Below are positions 40,612 through 50,059 of a stretch of DNA of 54,783 nt, piece by piece. The translations under genes were made by a program, and so were the position numbers. Under the pieces are notes generated by a model. That model did no database searches. It saw only the letters and a list, made by a program, of their open reading frames with translations, and was not told where the DNA came from. Numbering within the stretch: the stretch's first letter is position 1; the number at the start of each line of letters is the position of its first letter. This DNA comes from an uncultured virus (IMG/VR IMGVR_UViG_3300025844_000001). Its lineage: Duplodnaviria > Heunggongvirae > Uroviricota > Caudoviricetes > Demerecviridae. Where the stretch lies: IMG/VR virus record IMGVR_UViG_3300025844_000001. One strand, given 5' to 3'.

Positions 40612-41820
40612 TTATTTCTTTTCCTCTTTTGCGGGTGGTTTACCACCGGTTTGTCCAGTAACTCCAGTTCCTGAGCCTGCAATATTCTGAGGTATTCTGA
40701 TCTTAGTCATTTCCTCGTCTGTTAGTTCAACTAGACGTAGCATTCCGCGACCCTCATTACCAGTAATAATACCGTTATTAACAAGTGCACTAACATAGTC
40801 TGCTTGAATCTTCTTATCTGGTGCTAGAGCCATAACATCTTCTGTCATTAGCTTAACATCATAACCGAAGAAGAACTCTATCGCAGCCTCTGCCTTACGT
40901 AGTGTAGGCATTACAGTCATAGAGTAAAATAAATCTAGGTTAGGTCTGATATTAGCATTATTACCGGAGTCAAATAATATAGGAGGTATACCAATAGCTG
41001 TTGCTATAGACACACGTAAATCATCCTGATCTTCCTTAGTCCCCATATCACGGAAACTAGTATTTGATACCGACTTTGCCTTAAACCCACCATCTAAAAC
41101 TAGTACGCTAGATTTACCTGTACTAGGATTATACCTAATAGAAGTTTCTTCTTCGTAACGTTGTTTATGTTTTTTACTTAATAATTGGTCAGTTTCAATA
41201 ACTAAACCAAGTACAGCTCCATTATCATAGAACTTTTCTTTAAAGGTTGCTAACTTACGTAGACGTTTGATACTAGCTAGTGAAGAAGCTAGACGACTAT
41301 ATCCGCTAGTCATAACTGTATTTGCATAGTATGCGTTATCTTTAATAAAGATAATTTGGTCTGGACGATAATCATCCTTACCAGCAAATACAAACTTATT
41401 AATAAACTTTTTCTTGTCCATAACTACTTCCATCTGGGATGCTGGTAGCGGGTATAAACCTGCGCCGTCCCAGAAGATGTAGGCTGCTCCTTCCATAATT
41501 AAGTCCATAAAGACTAGGCGACGGAATAAGTTTACATCCATATATGGATTTGGTTGAACATTTAAAAGTTTTTGTAGTTGATCCTTTCGTACACCCGTAC
41601 CATGCGATATTACACCAGCATGTTTTTCCTTTACGTCATATGTAACTTCAGAGCAAGAATCAACAAACATGTTAACCGCTCTGTTTACAAACTCTACCTC
41701 ACGGTAAGCTTGTGATATGGTATAAGGATCACTAGTAGTACGTTTACCACCGGGATCACTATTTTTTATTCTTTCTTGTGATGGATTTAGTTTCTCTACT
41801 ATTGAGTGCCAAAGTCCCAT
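40612..41820 (-). CDS. Portal protein (T5 pb7-like, HK97 family)
   Basis: LLN.QPNPY, GIPPIL..GNNANI.PN, GIITGNEGR. Confidence 0.94.
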   Translation of the reverse strand: MGLWHSIVEKLNPSQERIKNSDPGGKRTTSDPYTISQAYREVEFVNRAVNMFVDSCSEVTYDVKEKHAGVISHGTGVRKDQLQKLLNVQPNPYMDVNLFRRLVFMDLIMEGAAYIFWDGAGLYPLPASQMEVVMDKKKFINKFVFAGKDDYRPDQIIFIKDNAYYANTVMTSGYSRLASSLASIKRLRKLATFKEKFYDNGAVLGLVIETDQLLSKKHKQRYEEETSIRYNPSTGKSSVLVLDGGFKAKSVSNTSFRDMGTKEDQDDLRVSIATAIGIPPILFDSGNNANIRPNLDLFYSMTVMPTLRKAEAAIEFFFGYDVKLMTEDVMALAPDKKIQADYVSALVNNGIITGNEGRGMLRLVELTDEEMTKIRIPQNIAGSGTGVTGQTGGKPPAKEEKK

Positions 41821-41822
41821 TA

Positions 41823-42284
41823 TTACCTCGTTATGAAATTACTTAGTGGTTGTGAATCGGTACAAAATTGGGTTAGACTAGAGGGTAGTGATACTATTAA
41901 AGCACCCTCGGTTCCACTAGCTACTTTTTCTCTTTGACGCTCAACCCAGATTTCTTGTTTTTTTGCGGTATTTAGAGCAGGCTCTTTACCATATAATTTA
42001 TGCAGTAACTTATGATGACTAGCACAAAGGGTTACAGCTTCCTCAACCATCTCACGCCACTTCTCTTTTAAAAATGGTTCTCGCATAGCAAGAATATCTT
42101 CTTTAGTATCCACAGATATTCCGTGTTGTTTGACGTAGTTGTTAACGGTCAAGGAAACCGTATTATAGTGATGGAACTCCAGTTCGTGTTCCACACCACA
42201 TATTGCACATTTTGTATCTTTTGCATAATGGCTTTTAGCTAAGTCCCTAATCCACTTGATAACACTTCTAGTGTTTGTTGCCAT
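41823..42284 (-). CDS. HNH nicking endonuclease (packaging-associated)
   Basis: CAICG..LEFHH...TLCASHH.LLH..YG; T5 synteny. Confidence 0.85.
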   Translation of the reverse strand: MATNTRSVIKWIRDLAKSHYAKDTKCAICGVEHELEFHHYNTVSLTVNNYVKQHGISVDTKEDILAMREPFLKEKWREMVEEAVTLCASHHKLLHKLYGKEPALNTAKKQEIWVERQREKVASGTEGALIVSLPSSLTQFCTDSQPLSNFITR

Positions 42285-42310
42285 GTATTTGTTCCTCTAA
42301 CTTAGAATCT

Positions 42311-42338
42311 ATTATAAAGTAATATTTAGATTTGTAAA
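42311..42338 (-). promoter_or_regulatory. Late promoter upstream of HNH/portal
   Basis: Minus strand TTTACA-16-TATAAT. Confidence 0.5.
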
Positions 42339-42402
42339 GTAATATTTATAATACAACCATACCAGAACTAACTAGTATGGTTGTACTTTTACAAGTATTA
42401 AA

Positions 42403-42696
42403 TCACTCAATATTATATTGTGCAGTAAATTCTTTAGCCTCTTCCCAAGTAACTAGCATAGGAGTATTTCCTCCTAAACCATACGTAGGAGTATAACCTA
42501 GGGAGTCTAATTGTGCTATAAACTCCTCTACGTTATCTTTATGAAAATTAACTAATCGATAGTCGCCATATATAGCTGCACTAGGCCAAGTTGTCTTAGC
42601 TATCTCATTAGCCTGATAACCCTCCTCAGATAATATAACAAATATATACATACCAGAATTAACCCAAGTATCTAATTGTATCATAATGCTACCCAC
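42403..42696 (-). CDS. Hypothetical protein
   Basis: 97-aa ORF overlapping the upstream gene, followed by a hairpin at ~42352-42385. Confidence 0.65.
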   Translation of the reverse strand: MGSIMIQLDTWVNSGMYIFVILSEEGYQANEIAKTTWPSAAIYGDYRLVNFHKDNVEEFIAQLDSLGYTPTYGLGGNTPMLVTWEEAKEFTAQYNIE

Positions 42697-43532
42697 CCCG
42701 CTGGATTATAATTAACTATCGTAGCGTTGATGCTTCCAGCAGTAGCAAGCTGGTTAGCACCAGCAGATTTATTATTTAATGGTATATTATTAGATATAAC
42801 TCCTGATTTAATTACTTCAAATCCAAATAATCCCCATATTGATAATTCTCCAGATCCACGACTTCCTATTGTAGCCAATGAGCTGGTAGATGTTGGAGTT
42901 ATTTCTAATGTATGCCACCCTGAAGTCGGTATTGCTGTTCCTGTTGATATAGCTATACCATCAAGTTTAGCGGTACAGCTATTAAGTCTAAATGTGTTTC
43001 CAGAAGCATTAGAGTCAACTCTCGTTGCATAATCTGCTGACTCTATAAACTTTCGATACGCCCCAAAAAAAGACGGCACACCTAAAAATTTAATCTTTAT
43101 TACTGTATTGGCATCAAAAGGTATTTGGTTGCTCAACTTGTGGTATTGAGCCACACCGTCTAATTGGTATACATAACTCGTCACACCTAAAATTGCGGCA
43201 CTAGAAGTAATTATAGTGCCAACACTATCAGTCACAGTAACCGTAATCGATGCATTTTTATCCGTAGTAGCAGCTACAAAAGATAGTGAATCACTATTAG
43301 TACCTACGTTAATACCATTCTTCTTCCACTGATAAGTATATGGTCCTACCCCCCCTAAAATAACACAACTAAAGGTAGCTAGGGAATACTGGTCAACTGC
43401 TTTACTTTGTGGTTGAGAAGTAAAGGATAATTGACCTGAGCTTAGTAGTTGAGCAATATAGGTACTAAGTCTAGTAAGTGCTAAGTTAGTAAGAGGAGGT
43501 ACTACACCACCACCTCTAATTAGTATACTCAT
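42681..43532 (-). CDS. Putative virion surface protein: Ig-like domain + concanavalin/LamG-like domain
   Basis: GGVGPYTYQWKKNG...ITVTVTDS Ig motif; GWHTLEIT..TIG..IWGLFGFEV LamG-like C-terminus. Confidence 0.68.
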   Translation of the reverse strand: MSILIRGGGVVPPLTNLALTRLSTYIAQLLSSGQLSFTSQPQSKAVDQYSLATFSCVILGGVGPYTYQWKKNGINVGTNSDSLSFVAATTDKNASITVTVTDSVGTIITSSAAILGVTSYVYQLDGVAQYHKLSNQIPFDANTVIKIKFLGVPSFFGAYRKFIESADYATRVDSNASGNTFRLNSCTAKLDGIAISTGTAIPTSGWHTLEITPTSTSSLATIGSRGSGELSIWGLFGFEVIKSGVISNNIPLNNKSAGANQLATAGSINATIVNYNPAGWVAL

Positions 43533-43810
43533 TAAGCCACCTCTACATGTGCGTCAGTAGCCCCATTAATAGCTTTAACCCAGACTTCTGACGAGCCCGC
43601 TTCTATATAAGCAATAAAGCCTATATCTGTAGGGACTAAACGTCTAGCCTTAGTAGTAGCAGCAGGCTTAGTAGCTCCAACATTAATGGCTAGCACTGAG
43701 TCTCCTTGATTTTGTATTGTTATTGCAGTTCCCACAGGCGTGCCTGTGAGTGCATTCAATGAGTAGTACTGGTCACCGTAAACTGGTACTGCATTAATTG
43801 TATCTGCCAT
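43532..43810 (-). CDS. Small beta-rich hypothetical (likely virion accessory) protein
   Basis: 92-aa ORF, AGGAG RBS, coupled to the Ig gene. Confidence 0.7.
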   Translation of the reverse strand: MADTINAVPVYGDQYYSLNALTGTPVGTAITIQNQGDSVLAINVGATKPAATTKARRLVPTDIGFIAYIEAGSSEVWVKAINGATDAHVEVA

Positions 43811-43830
43811 GTTATAATTTCTCCTAAGAA

Positions 43831-45138
43831 TTATCTATTGTGTGTATAAATTGCGTATCTCACGGCATCTGCCATATGAGAGTATTCATTGTGTAAAGGA
43901 CGTTCTGAAGTTAAGCCTTCTTTATCATCCCATCTATAGTTCATAAACATACTAATAGTCTTAGTACACTTATGCCATACTTTTATCTTACCTGCATGTA
44001 TTAATGATGCTAAGTGTCCAATCCCCTCGGACTGAGCTTTATTAGCTTTCGCACTAGATATATCATAATCGTAAGCTAAGTCAGCAATAAACTGAGCAGC
44101 CGCCGAGTCAACGAATATATAGTGAGGATCAAATCTATCTTCGAACTGTCTAATAAACTTAGCGTGAACAGAAGTCTGAGCACCTGCTTCTTCATACTCA
44201 TCTAGAATATAGTAGCAGTCAGATTCGTCATCATACTTAATACCTGTCATGGCAGTTGGGTCACGATAACCTGGGTCAATACCTAGGATACCCTCACAAT
44301 CTTCCGAAACCATTAAGCGGCCATATAAGTCCTCATCATTGAATACATGTTCCTCGTAATCGAATGATTCGTAAATTTGACCCTCAAACGTTGCAAAGTC
44401 AGCTTCGTATTCTTGTTTAAAGAATGCAGGGCTATTATTAGCACGTGCTTCATCAATATCTTCCTTACTAGCACGAGGGTTATCACGGTAAGTACCATGT
44501 AATGAACACCACTTAGATAACAAGGGATCACTACTAAACCCACGACGGTAGAACTCTTGGAACCAGTTAGCACCTCGAGGTGTTGAAATAAACAAAGCTT
44601 TAGAGTTAGGTTTATCAAGTGTAGGGCGTAACTGAATTGAGAAAGCATCCCCACCCTTAGGTGAGATAGCCGCTTCGTCAAATATAATAAAGTCGTAAGA
44701 ACGACCAACAGCGGAGTCAGCATTACCAGCAGAAGCTAGTTTAATAAGAGTACCATTAGATAACTCAATCTCTTTATCCTTGGCGTTTTCTTTCTCTGTT
44801 TCTAAACCATACTTACGTATAAGTCCTTTGATATGTGTCCAACCAATATTCGCTAGCGAGTAGTTGGGGCACACAACTAGTACTTTTACATTAGGCTCTA
44901 AAGCTTTTAAGAATCCTAAAGTATAGGCGATGAAAGATTTTCCGACACGCCTAGAAACGCAGCCGACCACGAAGCGTATGTTAGGATCGTTCAACGCATT
45001 AATGATAGCTATTTGTGGCTCGTTGGGGATAATTCCTTCCTGCAACATCATATTTTCGACAGGCAATTTGAAAAATCTTTCCCCGACAGGGTAGTTGGTT
45101 ATGCTAGTACGTGAAATAAAATCTCTAGAGAGTTCCAT
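43831..45138 (-). CDS. terL: Terminase large subunit
   Basis: SRRVGKS Walker A, IIFDEAA Walker B, ISTPRG, GIDPG, HMADAVRY. Confidence 0.96.
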   Translation of the reverse strand: MELSRDFISRTSITNYPVGERFFKLPVENMMLQEGIIPNEPQIAIINALNDPNIRFVVGCVSRRVGKSFIAYTLGFLKALEPNVKVLVVCPNYSLANIGWTHIKGLIRKYGLETEKENAKDKEIELSNGTLIKLASAGNADSAVGRSYDFIIFDEAAISPKGGDAFSIQLRPTLDKPNSKALFISTPRGANWFQEFYRRGFSSDPLLSKWCSLHGTYRDNPRASKEDIDEARANNSPAFFKQEYEADFATFEGQIYESFDYEEHVFNDEDLYGRLMVSEDCEGILGIDPGYRDPTAMTGIKYDDESDCYYILDEYEEAGAQTSVHAKFIRQFEDRFDPHYIFVDSAAAQFIADLAYDYDISSAKANKAQSEGIGHLASLIHAGKIKVWHKCTKTISMFMNYRWDDKEGLTSERPLHNEYSHMADAVRYAIYTHNR

Positions 45139-45624
45139 TTAATTTCCTTTGGCTAGGGAGGCTAGAAGATTGTCGTAGTTGCTGCCGCCATTAAGGTTAA
45201 CTTGTACGTTATTCTGACGACCTATGGTAGGGGACTTAGCTTCGTGTAGTTCCTTTTCCATTTTCATCTCTGCCATTTTCATGTTATGATACTTAACCAT
45301 TAGTTCTAAAATATCTGCATCTGTAGTAGTACCAGTTTCTTCCATTTCTTCTAACTTACGGTTAATAATCTCGTCTAAGGCACCAAACATGCGGTGTCTA
45401 TTTCTGAAGCCTGTCTCCATGAATACTGCGTTAGTATACGAACGGACTTCTGGTGTTCTTAATAATCTACGAACTTCTTGTTCATCAATCTTTAAAGCTA
45501 GAGCTGTTTTCTTAGCATCTTGGCCATTGGTTAGGTATGTGTCTGCAATTAATAATCCCTGGGGACTAATAGTCTCTGGGAGCAACGCGTCATCATACTC
45601 TACTAGTTTATCTTGGGTAGACAT
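45139..45624 (-). CDS. terS: Terminase small subunit
   Basis: T5-like P.TISP.G..I...YL..G.D, GFRNR, KLEEMEET; upstream of terL. Confidence 0.88.
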   Translation of the reverse strand: MSTQDKLVEYDDALLPETISPQGLLIADTYLTNGQDAKKTALALKIDEQEVRRLLRTPEVRSYTNAVFMETGFRNRHRMFGALDEIINRKLEEMEETGTTTDADILELMVKYHNMKMAEMKMEKELHEAKSPTIGRQNNVQVNLNGGSNYDNLLASLAKGN

Positions 45625-45660
45625 ATACTTTCCTCTTAGATGTGTGTTAATAATAGGGTT

Positions 45661-45689
45661 ATTATAACGTTATTATTAATATATGTAAA
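45661..45689 (-). promoter_or_regulatory. Late promoter for the terminase operon
   Basis: Minus strand TTTACA-17-TATAAT. Confidence 0.72.
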
Positions 45690-45807
45690 GATTAATTTTC
45701 TACCTCGGATGCAAGTAAGGTACTAGCCAAGTATTTTTAAATTAAAAAATTAAGAATTGTATTTGGAGTCTTTTAGATTAGTAGTCTCTTTGGGAGTGGA
45801 GGGGTGC

Positions 45808-45943
45808 GGGGAGTATAGGAAGTAAAGGGAGTATAGGAAGTTGGGAAGTAAAGGGAGTATAGGGAGTTAGGGGAATTATGCATAGTTATGGGAATTATGT
45901 ATAGTTATGGGAATTATGCATAGTTGGGGAATTATGCATAGTT
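45808..45943 (+). repeat. Purine-rich repeats and a 4x 18-19 bp tandem repeat near the inferred terminal-repeat junction
   Basis: GGGAGTATAGG x3; GGGAATTATG(C/T)ATAGTT x4 from 45871. Confidence 0.85.
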
Positions 45944-46039
45944 GCTTTCAGGGAACCGCTTAGTTGCTCTTAGAGGCGGCCTAAGCCATTTCCTCTAATT
46001 TTTCATAGTAGTTACATGAAAAGGGGTGGGGCCTGGGTC

Positions 46040-46146
46040 AAATGAGAATGAGTCTCATTACCGCCCCCACCCTAAATGCGAATGATTATCATTTGTTCCT
46101 GGCTTATCATATGCGAATGATTCTCATTTGATATTGATTATCATTT
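46040..46146. promoter_or_regulatory. Cluster of four Fur-box-like palindromes
   Basis: AAATGAGAATGAGTCTCATT, AAATGCGAATGATTATCATTT, ATGCGAATGATTCTCATTT, TTGATATTGATTATCATTT. Confidence 0.72.
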
Positions 46147-46154
46147 GTACATAA

Positions 46155-46186
46155 TAAAAATGCCCTTACTATATATTAGTAAGGGC
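46155..46186 (-). terminator. Terminator ending the pre-early leftward operon
   Basis: Minus strand GCCCTTACTA..TAGTAAGGGC then ATTTTT. Confidence 0.7.
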
Positions 46187-46266
46187 TAATGCTCTAACAG
46201 GGGGATAATGCAATGCTAACATATTGCACTATATTAGCATTGATGCATATACTACCAGCATTGCGC

Positions 46267-46890
46267 TTAGGCTGCTCTGCTGTCAAATTCAATTACCTGA
46301 TGAATAGCGCTCATTTCCCCGTCCAGATAACCCGCGTCTAATCCTTGCGCAAATCCTTCTTCAAATCCCATATCAAGAAAATCAGCCAGCATACTATTAA
46401 CACTAATTGCATCGTACACTTGAAAGCCAAACGATTGCGCCACCTTTAATACGCCTTTATGGTCATCGTATACAGTAAACGAGGCAAGAGGAAAACGGTT
46501 CTGTAAATGGTTAAACCAATGCCATTTGTAGTTTGCATCATTAAGATTATAAATCATTGATGCGGTTTCATTATCGAAGCGCTTGAATAATTGGTCACGA
46601 CTGCAAGTATACGCGGTTTTTAATCCGTTCTTTCTTAGGTATATGTAATCACTCTTAATCATGCGCCTTGCAGTAACGATTACCACGGTTTCCCCTTGGG
46701 CTATGCGCGATTGCATAAGTTTAGCTAAGGGTAAAAGTGTGTCATTCATAATGTTAGCGTGTGTTTGGTTGTCGCGATATGCTGCTAAATCTAGGTTGCC
46801 ATCATTATCGTAGGGGGTGCGATGGTCGCTATCTATAACGGTTCTGTCTAGGTCAAAAATTGTAATATGCTTTGGCTTAAATTGGCTCAT
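46267..46890 (-). CDS. dmp: Deoxynucleoside-5'-monophosphatase (HAD family), T5 dmp-like
   Basis: IFDLDRT, VTARR, YDD HAD motifs; position in the pre-early region. Confidence 0.85.
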   Translation of the reverse strand: MSQFKPKHITIFDLDRTVIDSDHRTPYDNDGNLDLAAYRDNQTHANIMNDTLLPLAKLMQSRIAQGETVVIVTARRMIKSDYIYLRKNGLKTAYTCSRDQLFKRFDNETASMIYNLNDANYKWHWFNHLQNRFPLASFTVYDDHKGVLKVAQSFGFQVYDAISVNSMLADFLDMGFEEGFAQGLDAGYLDGEMSAIHQVIEFDSRAA

Positions 46891-46929
46891 TTTTTAATAC
46901 TCCGTCATTACGGGGAAAAAGGGTTGCTT

Positions 46930-46945
46930 TGTTCCACGTGGAACA
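46930..46945. promoter_or_regulatory. parS: parS centromere-like site 1
   Basis: TGTTCCACGTGGAACA within a 24-bp perfect palindrome (46926-46949). Confidence 0.78.
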
Positions 46946-46956
46946 AAGCGGGTTAA

Positions 46957-47193
46957 TTATTTAATGGTTGCTTCGATTTTTAAATCAATAACTAAGTTAT
47001 CGCGGGTAAGCTTTTCGTCTAGGTTTTCAACGTCCATTAATTGACCACTAGATAAAATAACGCACACATGGGTGTCGTCAGTTATTAAAATCAATTCGTT
47101 TGTATGGCATTCATTAACCTGAAAAAATTGCCCTGTTTCAGGTTCGAATGATTCTGGGGTGTCTTTGGTAAACGTGATATTAACTTGTGACAT
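46957..47193 (-). CDS. Pre-early hypothetical protein
   Basis: 78-aa ORF with GGAG RBS, flanked by the two parS repeats. Confidence 0.72.
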   Translation of the reverse strand: MSQVNITFTKDTPESFEPETGQFFQVNECHTNELILITDDTHVCVILSSGQLMDVENLDEKLTRDNLVIDLKIEATIK

Positions 47194-47223
47194 TTGGGTA
47201 ACTCCGTAAAAAGGGGGTTGCTT

Positions 47224-47239
47224 TGTTCCACGTGGAACA
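47224..47239. promoter_or_regulatory. parS: parS centromere-like site 2
   Basis: TGTTCCACGTGGAACA within an identical palindrome (47220-47243). Confidence 0.78.
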
Positions 47240-47289
47240 AAGCGGGTTAAGTTACTTAATGGGGTAGCCGTTATAATCTCTATCTAACA

Positions 47290-48963
47290 TTATGCTTGCT
47301 GCTCTCCTATTGCATACGTGGGAATTAATACGGCTGTATCATTTGGCAGGATTAAGGCGTTTGCTCTATCCCACATAGTACCACCTTTATTGTAGCCCAT
47401 TTCCAGCGAACCAGTAACGCCCACGGTTAACACATTACCATCACGGGCGGGTGAATGTGTATGGCCGCTAATCCAAGGCATCTGATAAGCTTTAAACGAG
47501 CGTTGCGAACCACGTGCGCCGCTGTTACCTAAATGCCCATGAGAACCACATTCGAATCCGTTAATCTTATGGCTCATATCTAGACGGCCAAATATAACAT
47601 TACTGGCTAATGGTTCCGCTAACTGCTCGACTAGTTTAGTGATTGCTAAATCAAACATTGCTAAGCGTGGTGCGTCTAGTTCGTCCCCGCTGTCAATTGC
47701 TTCTAAAACAGCATGTTTCAAGAAATAATACGTTTTAGCGTTGATAGGGTCTTTATCAGCGTTGTATTTTGGGTCATCAAGCCAGCTATCAAGGGCTAAG
47801 TCGTGATTACTGCAAACGATAAAAACGCTATCGCATTGGGCAGCAATTCTATTTACAACATGAACAGCATCATTTAAATCATCTAAAACAGAGCGGGAAC
47901 CCATTGTATATAGAAACAAACCGCTATTTCGATTGTGATGATTTCTAGACATAAAATCTAGTGTATCGTGTAAAATAACTTGTGAGGGCTGATAAATATC
48001 AATTTGGGCTAATGCTCTTACAAGCGAGTTTTCGCACATCTTTTCACAATGTAAGTCACCTAAAACTAGTGCTGGTGTCTTGTGAATCTCTGTTATGTTA
48101 AAACCATCATAACAGGCCATATCATAATAAAATGCCCCGCTTTCATCTGCCACAATTTCTTGATGCTCGACATAACCCTCATTAACAGTGACAACTAATG
48201 CCCCGAACGTATGTGAATCACATCCCTCCTCGCCTGCTCTGGTGTCAGTGTAATGGCGTTGTGTACATGAACCCGTTGTATATACCCAACGATGTGCACC
48301 ATCTTTTGAACGGGCTAGTGTTTTGAGTTGCTTTTTAGGTGAGGCAACAACGGTTAACGACTCGCCTTTATTCAAGTTTGCTGCCGTGTTAATTGGCTGC
48401 TTAGCGGTTGGCAGGATATTTGCCCCAACTGCCAAGCGAACACAGCCACGACCACCTAGCCAGATATTATTCTCTACTAGATAAGGTGTAACACTATCGT
48501 CATAAGTTGGCGTTTTGCGTTCCAAGCTATCAAGCGTTGTTGTGTATTTAATAGGCATCAATAAAAGTTGAGCCTCTAAAACACCCGCTAAAGTTTTTAA
48601 TGATTTTAGTGTAGGGTGCGGCAATGTATTATTTTGCGCACTAGAAATAATATAAACGCCATCAGGTAAGCTTTGCATAATATCGTCACGATGCATTAAC
48701 TCGCCGTTGAAAGTAGGAACTAACGGAGCGTTAACTTTTTCGGCTTTTTCTTTGGCTGGTGCTGGTGCTGGTTTATTTTCTGCCAGCCATTCCACTAAAT
48801 CGGCACTTTCTACCGTTCCGATTAACTCACATTCTCTAAGCATTTGTTCAGCACAAGTTAGGCGAGTTGAACGGGTACGCTTGCCATAATAATTAAACTC
48901 ATTTTGAGCAAGATTTAACAATGCCGCTTGTGTCGCTACAGATAGGTTTTTAACTTGTTTCAT
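47290..48963 (-). CDS. A1: A1 protein (pre-early DNase, needed for second-step transfer in T5)
   Basis: 557 aa; ISSAQNNT, TTGSCT, LGDLH, SNHD, HGH.G..GARGS, GHTHSP, MGYNKG. Confidence 0.9.
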   Translation of the reverse strand: MKQVKNLSVATQAALLNLAQNEFNYYGKRTRSTRLTCAEQMLRECELIGTVESADLVEWLAENKPAPAPAKEKAEKVNAPLVPTFNGELMHRDDIMQSLPDGVYIISSAQNNTLPHPTLKSLKTLAGVLEAQLLLMPIKYTTTLDSLERKTPTYDDSVTPYLVENNIWLGGRGCVRLAVGANILPTAKQPINTAANLNKGESLTVVASPKKQLKTLARSKDGAHRWVYTTGSCTQRHYTDTRAGEEGCDSHTFGALVVTVNEGYVEHQEIVADESGAFYYDMACYDGFNITEIHKTPALVLGDLHCEKMCENSLVRALAQIDIYQPSQVILHDTLDFMSRNHHNRNSGLFLYTMGSRSVLDDLNDAVHVVNRIAAQCDSVFIVCSNHDLALDSWLDDPKYNADKDPINAKTYYFLKHAVLEAIDSGDELDAPRLAMFDLAITKLVEQLAEPLASNVIFGRLDMSHKINGFECGSHGHLGNSGARGSQRSFKAYQMPWISGHTHSPARDGNVLTVGVTGSLEMGYNKGGTMWDRANALILPNDTAVLIPTYAIGEQQA

Positions 48964-49003
48964 TTTGTTACTCCGTCATTACGGGAAAATTTAAAGGGGT
49001 TGC

Positions 49004-49441
49004 TTACTTGCTACGTTTTTCTAGCGCTTGCCAGTTAACCGATAAGCCTGCCATACTACCATAAACAGCACAACTTTCGATATATGCTATTTTTGCTTTA
49101 AATAGCTTTACCATTGCGTCATTGTAGACGTTAACGGCCTTATCATACGCTAGTCTAACTTCATCATTTGAGCTGTTATAAGCAGTAAAGTTAATATTGA
49201 TTGCGCCAAGCAAAGCGCTAACATTTGCTTCTTGCAACATGCCGTTGTTGCTTGGGTGACGCTCGTTAGACAATTGGCGTATTAATTGCGTTAACGTATC
49301 ACGGTCAAGTTTAGCCGCTTCTTTTTGCTGAAATGCTAGTTCCTTTAAGCGCTCAATTTCGGACTGGGTATCTAATACGGCTGCAATATGGCCTTTATGC
49401 TCTGCGACTAAATCAGATAAGTTGAGTTTGGGTGAAAACAT
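49004..49441 (-). CDS. Pre-early hypothetical helical protein
   Basis: 145-aa ORF preceded by the conserved leader cassette with GGAG. Confidence 0.75.
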   Translation of the reverse strand: MFSPKLNLSDLVAEHKGHIAAVLDTQSEIERLKELAFQQKEAAKLDRDTLTQLIRQLSNERHPSNNGMLQEANVSALLGAININFTAYNSSNDEVRLAYDKAVNVYNDAMVKLFKAKIAYIESCAVYGSMAGLSVNWQALEKRSK

Positions 49442-49502
49442 TTTTTAATACTCCGTCATTACGGGAAATTAAAGGGCGCTAGAATTAACGCCCAGTTAAC
49501 AA

Positions 49503-49970
49503 TTACTTAACAGTGATTTCTGGCATTTCGGCAGCTTTCAACACTCCGTTTAATTTCGCTGTTAAGGTTTCCAACGCTTCTAAATTGGCCTTATCAAGCG
49601 TTTGGATTGTTTCAAGGTCAACGCCTAAACCCTCGGCAATTGAACGCACGTACTGACCTTTTGAGATACGTGTCGAGGTGCTTGGAGTTGGGACGGCTTC
49701 AAGGGTAATATAAACGCCCTCTTTTGATAACTTACCGCGAACAGCACGACCAGATTTCGCCCCAATTTTAACAGCGATTGCATTTAAAGCTTTTTCGCTG
49801 TTTGCTACCGTGTGTAAATCGACAGTAGGCTTCGAACCAACTTCAAAATCCAGCGTTTTAGTAACAGGGTTGTAAGTTGCACCTAGTAATTCAGCATAAA
49901 GCGCGGCAGCTTGTGAACAGGTTTCATCATTCCAAGCGAATTTTTTAGCTGGTGTTTTAGTTGTAGTCAT
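49503..49970 (-). CDS. A2: A2 DNA-binding protein
   Basis: KFAWNDE..A..LY, ANS..L..IA..IGA.S..AVR.KL, K..YVR.IA match T5 A2. Confidence 0.87.
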   Translation of the reverse strand: MTTTKTPAKKFAWNDETCSQAAALYAELLGATYNPVTKTLDFEVGSKPTVDLHTVANSEKALNAIAVKIGAKSGRAVRGKLSKEGVYITLEAVPTPSTSTRISKGQYVRSIAEGLGVDLETIQTLDKANLEALETLTAKLNGVLKAAEMPEITVK

Positions 49971-50059
49971 TTGTAAATCTCCTAGAAAGGGTTAGTTAGT
50001 TAATGGCTAAAGTTAGCCACAAAGAGCGCTTAATAAACGCTCTTTAAGATAACTCTATA

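Noticed and set aside
45871..45943. Tandem repeats as a CRISPR array or ArgR boxes
   Set aside because: No spacers and no cas genes; only one ArgR half-site (AATTATGCAT) matches
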